A DNA stretch of 64,000 bases from positions 416,001 to 480,000 of the forward strand of contig CAVPLT010000007.1 of assembly GCA_963706325.1 (NCBI GenBank). The letters are read 5' to 3'. Origin of the DNA: an uncultured Nitrospiraceae bacterium. GTDB taxonomy: Bacteria; Nitrospirota; Nitrospiria; Nitrospirales; Nitrospiraceae. Of this stretch, positions 60,713 through 64,000 are shown one piece after another. The translations under genes were made by a program, and so were the position numbers. The number at the start of each line of letters is the position of its first letter. Within the stretch, counting starts at the first letter, position 1. Below the pieces are notes generated by a model that saw only the letters and a list, made by a program, of their open reading frames with translations, was not told where the DNA came from and searched no databases.

Positions 60713-61876
60713 TCAGCGTTTCTTATTTGCGGTCTGCCCCATTTGCCCCTGAATCTGGAACGCCTTTTCCTCCCGCGCGCTCTTGTCCAGGAGAGCCGCC
60801 ACAGCGTCGTCGCCTTTGAGACCTGCCAGTTTTATTTTGAGCCGAAGATTATTGGCGCTGTCGGCATTGATCAGGGCCTGTTCGATGCTGATCTTTCCGG
60901 CCTGATAGAGTTGTAACAGGACGTGGTCGAACGTCTGGCAGCCTTCGTCAATTCCCTGTTCCATCGCTTCTTTCAACGTATCGATCTCTGAACGTTTGAT
61001 CAGGTCTTTAATGCGTGGCGTATCGAGCATAATTTCGAGTGCCGGCACACGGCGCCCGTCAAGGGAAGGGATCAGTCGTTGAGAGATGATGGCGCGAAGG
61101 TTCAATGACAGCTGCAGATAAATCTGCGCATGCCGTTCAACCGGAAAGAAGTTCATAATGCGTTCAATAGATTGATTGGCGTTGTTTGAGTGCAAGGTGC
61201 CGAGGCAGAGATGCCCCGTTTCGGCAAACGTAATCGCGGCTTCCATGGTCTCTGTATCCCGGATTTCACCGATGAGAATGACGTCCGGGGCTTGGCGCAG
61301 AGTGTTTTTCAGAGCATGACCGAATGAATGGGTATCGAAACCAACCTCGCGCTGCGTGACGATGGATTTCTTGTGATGATGAACGAACTCGATCGGGTCT
61401 TCCACGCTGATGATATGGCCTGCATGCACGGTATTGCGATGATCGATCATGGCGGCCAGGGAAGTGGACTTACCTGACCCGGTAGCGCCGACGACGAGCA
61501 CCAGCCCTCGCTTGGTCATGACGATGTCTTTGACGATCGGCGGCAAGTCCAGTTGCTCGACCGTCATGATCTCCGCTTTGATGTGGCGAAACACCAGCCC
61601 CACGTTTCCCTTCTGACGGAAGATGTTCACGCGAAAACGGCCCAATTCTTTGTAGTACAGCGCAAGGTTCATCTCCATTTTTTCTTCGAACTCGCCTCGT
61701 TGCTGGCCGCGCATGAGCGCCAGCGCGAGTGATTCCAGCTGCTCATTCGTAAAAGGCGGCGCATCGGTGCGATGGGTCGAGCCGTGAATACGGTAGATAG
61801 GTGGCGCATCGACCGTGAGGTATAGGTCGGAGGATTCCTGTTTGACCATCACTTCAAGAAGCGTGCGAACATCCAT
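60713..61876 (-). CDS. pilU: Type IV pilus ATPase PilU
   Basis: GATGSGKSTS, LRQAPDVILIGEIRD, TLHSNNANQ, GCQTFD. Confidence 0.92.
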   Translation of the reverse strand: MDVRTLLEVMVKQESSDLYLTVDAPPIYRIHGSTHRTDAPPFTNEQLESLALALMRGQQRGEFEEKMEMNLALYYKELGRFRVNIFRQKGNVGLVFRHIKAEIMTVEQLDLPPIVKDIVMTKRGLVLVVGATGSGKSTSLAAMIDHRNTVHAGHIISVEDPIEFVHHHKKSIVTQREVGFDTHSFGHALKNTLRQAPDVILIGEIRDTETMEAAITFAETGHLCLGTLHSNNANQSIERIMNFFPVERHAQIYLQLSLNLRAIISQRLIPSLDGRRVPALEIMLDTPRIKDLIKRSEIDTLKEAMEQGIDEGCQTFDHVLLQLYQAGKISIEQALINADSANNLRLKIKLAGLKGDDAVAALLDKSAREEKAFQIQGQMGQTANKKR

Positions 61877-61933
61877 GAGGTGCCTCTTTTAACTATTGCG
61901 TGGGGCCATCGGATCAGCGTCGGACTAGCAATC

Positions 61934-62995
61934 TTACGCGGAGCCACCTACCGCGGCGGTAAAGAGATTGGGGTTCATGCTTCGTGACTGGGCTTCAGCC
62001 TTCGTGACCATGCCGCGTGAAGCGAGTTCGACCAAGGCCATGTCCATGGTCTGCATGCCGTCTTTCTGGCTGGCCTGCATGACACCCGGAATTTGGTGGA
62101 GTTTGCCTTCGCGGATGAGGTTCCGAACGGCTGTTGTCCCGACCATGATCTCCACCGCTGCGATTCGGCCGCCGCTCTTCTTCTTTAGGAGCGTCTGGGT
62201 CAACACCGCTTCCAGCGTTTCCGACAACTGTGCGCGGACTTGCGCTTGTTGATTCGGAGGAAAGGCATCGATGATGCGGTCGACGGTTTTAGGCGCGCTG
62301 GAGGTGTGCAGAGTCGCGAAAACCAAGTGCCCCGTTTCAGCCGCGGTGAGGGCCAATTGGATCGTGTCCAAGTCGCGCATTTCTCCCACGAGAATGATAT
62401 CTGGGTCTTCGCGGAGCGCGGCGCGGAGCGCATTCGCAAAAGACAGGGTATGCACGCCCAATTCTCGTTGGTTGACGAGGCACTTTTTTGATTTGTGCAC
62501 AAACTCCACCGGATCTTCGATCGTAAGGATATGCCCTTCATACGTATTGTTCAGATAGTCGATCATTCCTGCGAGCGTAGTGGACTTTCCTGATCCGGTC
62601 GGGCCTGTGACAAGAATCAGGCCCTTCTCGCGATCGCAGAGCTGGCGCAGGATCGGCGGCATGCCCAGCTTTTCCAGCGGAAGAATCTCGGTCGGAATAG
62701 TCCGGAACACGGCCCCTAATCCACGGCCTTGCACGAACACGTTGACGCGGAACCGGGCGATGTCGCCGAGGTCGAACGAGAAGTCACATTCCCGGTGTTC
62801 TTCGAAGTTCTTTCGTTGGGCGTCGCTCATCATGTCGTAAATGAGCGCGTGGGTTTCGTCCTGGCTCAAGGGAGGATGATCCAGCTTCTTGAGATCACCA
62901 TGCAGGCGAATCATCGGCGGTTCGCCGGCGCTGATGTGGCAGTCTGAGGCACCTTGCTGTACGCCAAAGGTCAACAGTTTGGAGATGTCAATCAT
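61934..62995 (-). CDS. pilT: Type IV pilus retraction ATPase PilT
   Basis: GPTGSGKSTT, LREDPDIILVGEMRD, AVRNLIRE, GMQTMD. Confidence 0.95.
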   Translation of the reverse strand: MIDISKLLTFGVQQGASDCHISAGEPPMIRLHGDLKKLDHPPLSQDETHALIYDMMSDAQRKNFEEHRECDFSFDLGDIARFRVNVFVQGRGLGAVFRTIPTEILPLEKLGMPPILRQLCDREKGLILVTGPTGSGKSTTLAGMIDYLNNTYEGHILTIEDPVEFVHKSKKCLVNQRELGVHTLSFANALRAALREDPDIILVGEMRDLDTIQLALTAAETGHLVFATLHTSSAPKTVDRIIDAFPPNQQAQVRAQLSETLEAVLTQTLLKKKSGGRIAAVEIMVGTTAVRNLIREGKLHQIPGVMQASQKDGMQTMDMALVELASRGMVTKAEAQSRSMNPNLFTAAVGGSA

Positions 62996-63181
62996 CGGAG
63001 CACTCCATGAAGTAAGAGAATGTGAGGATAAACGCGCGTGATTATAAGTACATGAGCATGGCCGTCGGGATTCTAGAATCATGCCATAGGAAGGCGGGAA
63101 AGCAAGAAAATATCCAGAAGAGACGTTGGAAATCGTGGCCGGTTGCGAGGTGAAGTGAACGGGAGTAGAAACCCGGTCGTA

Positions 63182-64000
63182 TTAAATCAGGTGAAGCGCG
63201 CGACCTGCCTGTTCAAGTGCATTGAGGGCTTCGTCGATGTGTTCACTTGTGTGATCGGCTGTAATGGTGAGTCGAATGCGGCTCGTTGCAGGTGGTACAG
63301 TCGGCGGACGAATGGCGGGGGCGTACACGCCGTATGTCATTAGCGTGTGAGCGAAACTCACGGTACGATCGGCATCACCCACGAGGATCGGCAGGATCGG
63401 ACTTTCCGACGCGGTCAAGGGGAAGCCGAGTCCTATAAGCCCTTGCGCCAGGCGCTCACGATTGTGCCATAACCGGGCGCGCCGATCCGGTTCTTCCTCA
63501 ATGACCCGAAGCGCGGCGGTGGCGGCCGCGGCAGATGCGGGCGTAGGCGCGGTCGTATATGTAAATGCACGGCAAGTATTGACAAGATAGGTAATAAAAG
63601 CCGTTGAACCTGCGAGGTACGCTCCGGCGCTACCGAGCGCTTTGCTCAAGGTGCCCATGTGGTATGGCAGCCGTGACTCCACGTCGCAATGTTCGAGAGT
63701 GCCTCGCCCGGTTCGCCCCAAGATGCCTGTCCCGTGCGCATCATCCACAAATACTGCCGCGTCGTACAGTTCAGCCAAGGTGGCAATGTCGGTGAGCGGC
63801 GCAATATCCCCATCCATGCTGAAAAGACCGTCGGTTACGATGAGAGTGGGCTTGACGGGGGATCGGCGGGCGAGCAATCGTTCCAAATGACTCATGTCTC
63901 GATGGTGGTACACCCGAAACGTGGCGCCGCTCAATCGGCAGCCATCGATGAGGCTCGCATGACAGAGGCGGTCGGCGAGTATAAGCCCGCCCTTACCAAT
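63182..64000 (-). CDS. bioF: 8-amino-7-oxononanoate synthase (5' end outside the window)
   Basis: DRLCHASLIDG, TDGLFSMDGD, DDAHG, GTLSKALG, IRPPTVP. Confidence 0.93.
   Translation of the reverse strand: MGKGGLILADRLCHASLIDGCRLSGATFRVYHHRDMSHLERLLARRSPVKPTLIVTDGLFSMDGDIAPLTDIATLAELYDAAVFVDDAHGTGILGRTGRGTLEHCDVESRLPYHMGTLSKALGSAGAYLAGSTAFITYLVNTCRAFTYTTAPTPASAAAATAALRVIEEEPDRRARLWHNRERLAQGLIGLGFPLTASESPILPILVGDADRTVSFAHTLMTYGVYAPAIRPPTVPPATSRIRLTITADHTSEHIDEALNALEQAGRALHLI

Overview
Bacterial chromosomal window, probably Nitrospira or a relative. This is an inference from the gene families, the small Cys-ribbon and PilZ proteins, and the palindromic intergenic repeats. The left part (1-16 kb) has DUF1579, a BNR beta-propeller/MoaD-like pair, an RND efflux operon behind a probable sigma-54 promoter with an enhancer array, lipoproteins, glgB and tRNA-Glu(TTC). 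A tyrosine integrase and a short phage-like remnant (16-20.4 kb) follow the tRNA directly, and no attR was found by eye. From 20.4 to 44 kb is a partly decaying accessory region of stress and signalling genes: an RcsF-like lipoprotein, YihY, PAS kinases, transaldolase, BON, a metallothionein-like peptide, lipocalin, an intradiol dioxygenase, cydAB and several pseudogenes. A ~105-nt element ending in a GG-N10-GC motif occurs twice there. From 44 to 58 kb is a complete type I secretion locus: a small DUF3467-like gene, HlyB, HlyD, TolC, a low-GC membrane-anchored gene and a 2552-aa RTX protein with an N-terminal lipase domain. This looks like a candidate T1SS-delivered lipase toxin/immunity pair. 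The right end is core-like: FGE-family protein, cytochrome c, pilU, pilT and a partial bioF. Several single-base frameshifts may be real or may be assembly errors.
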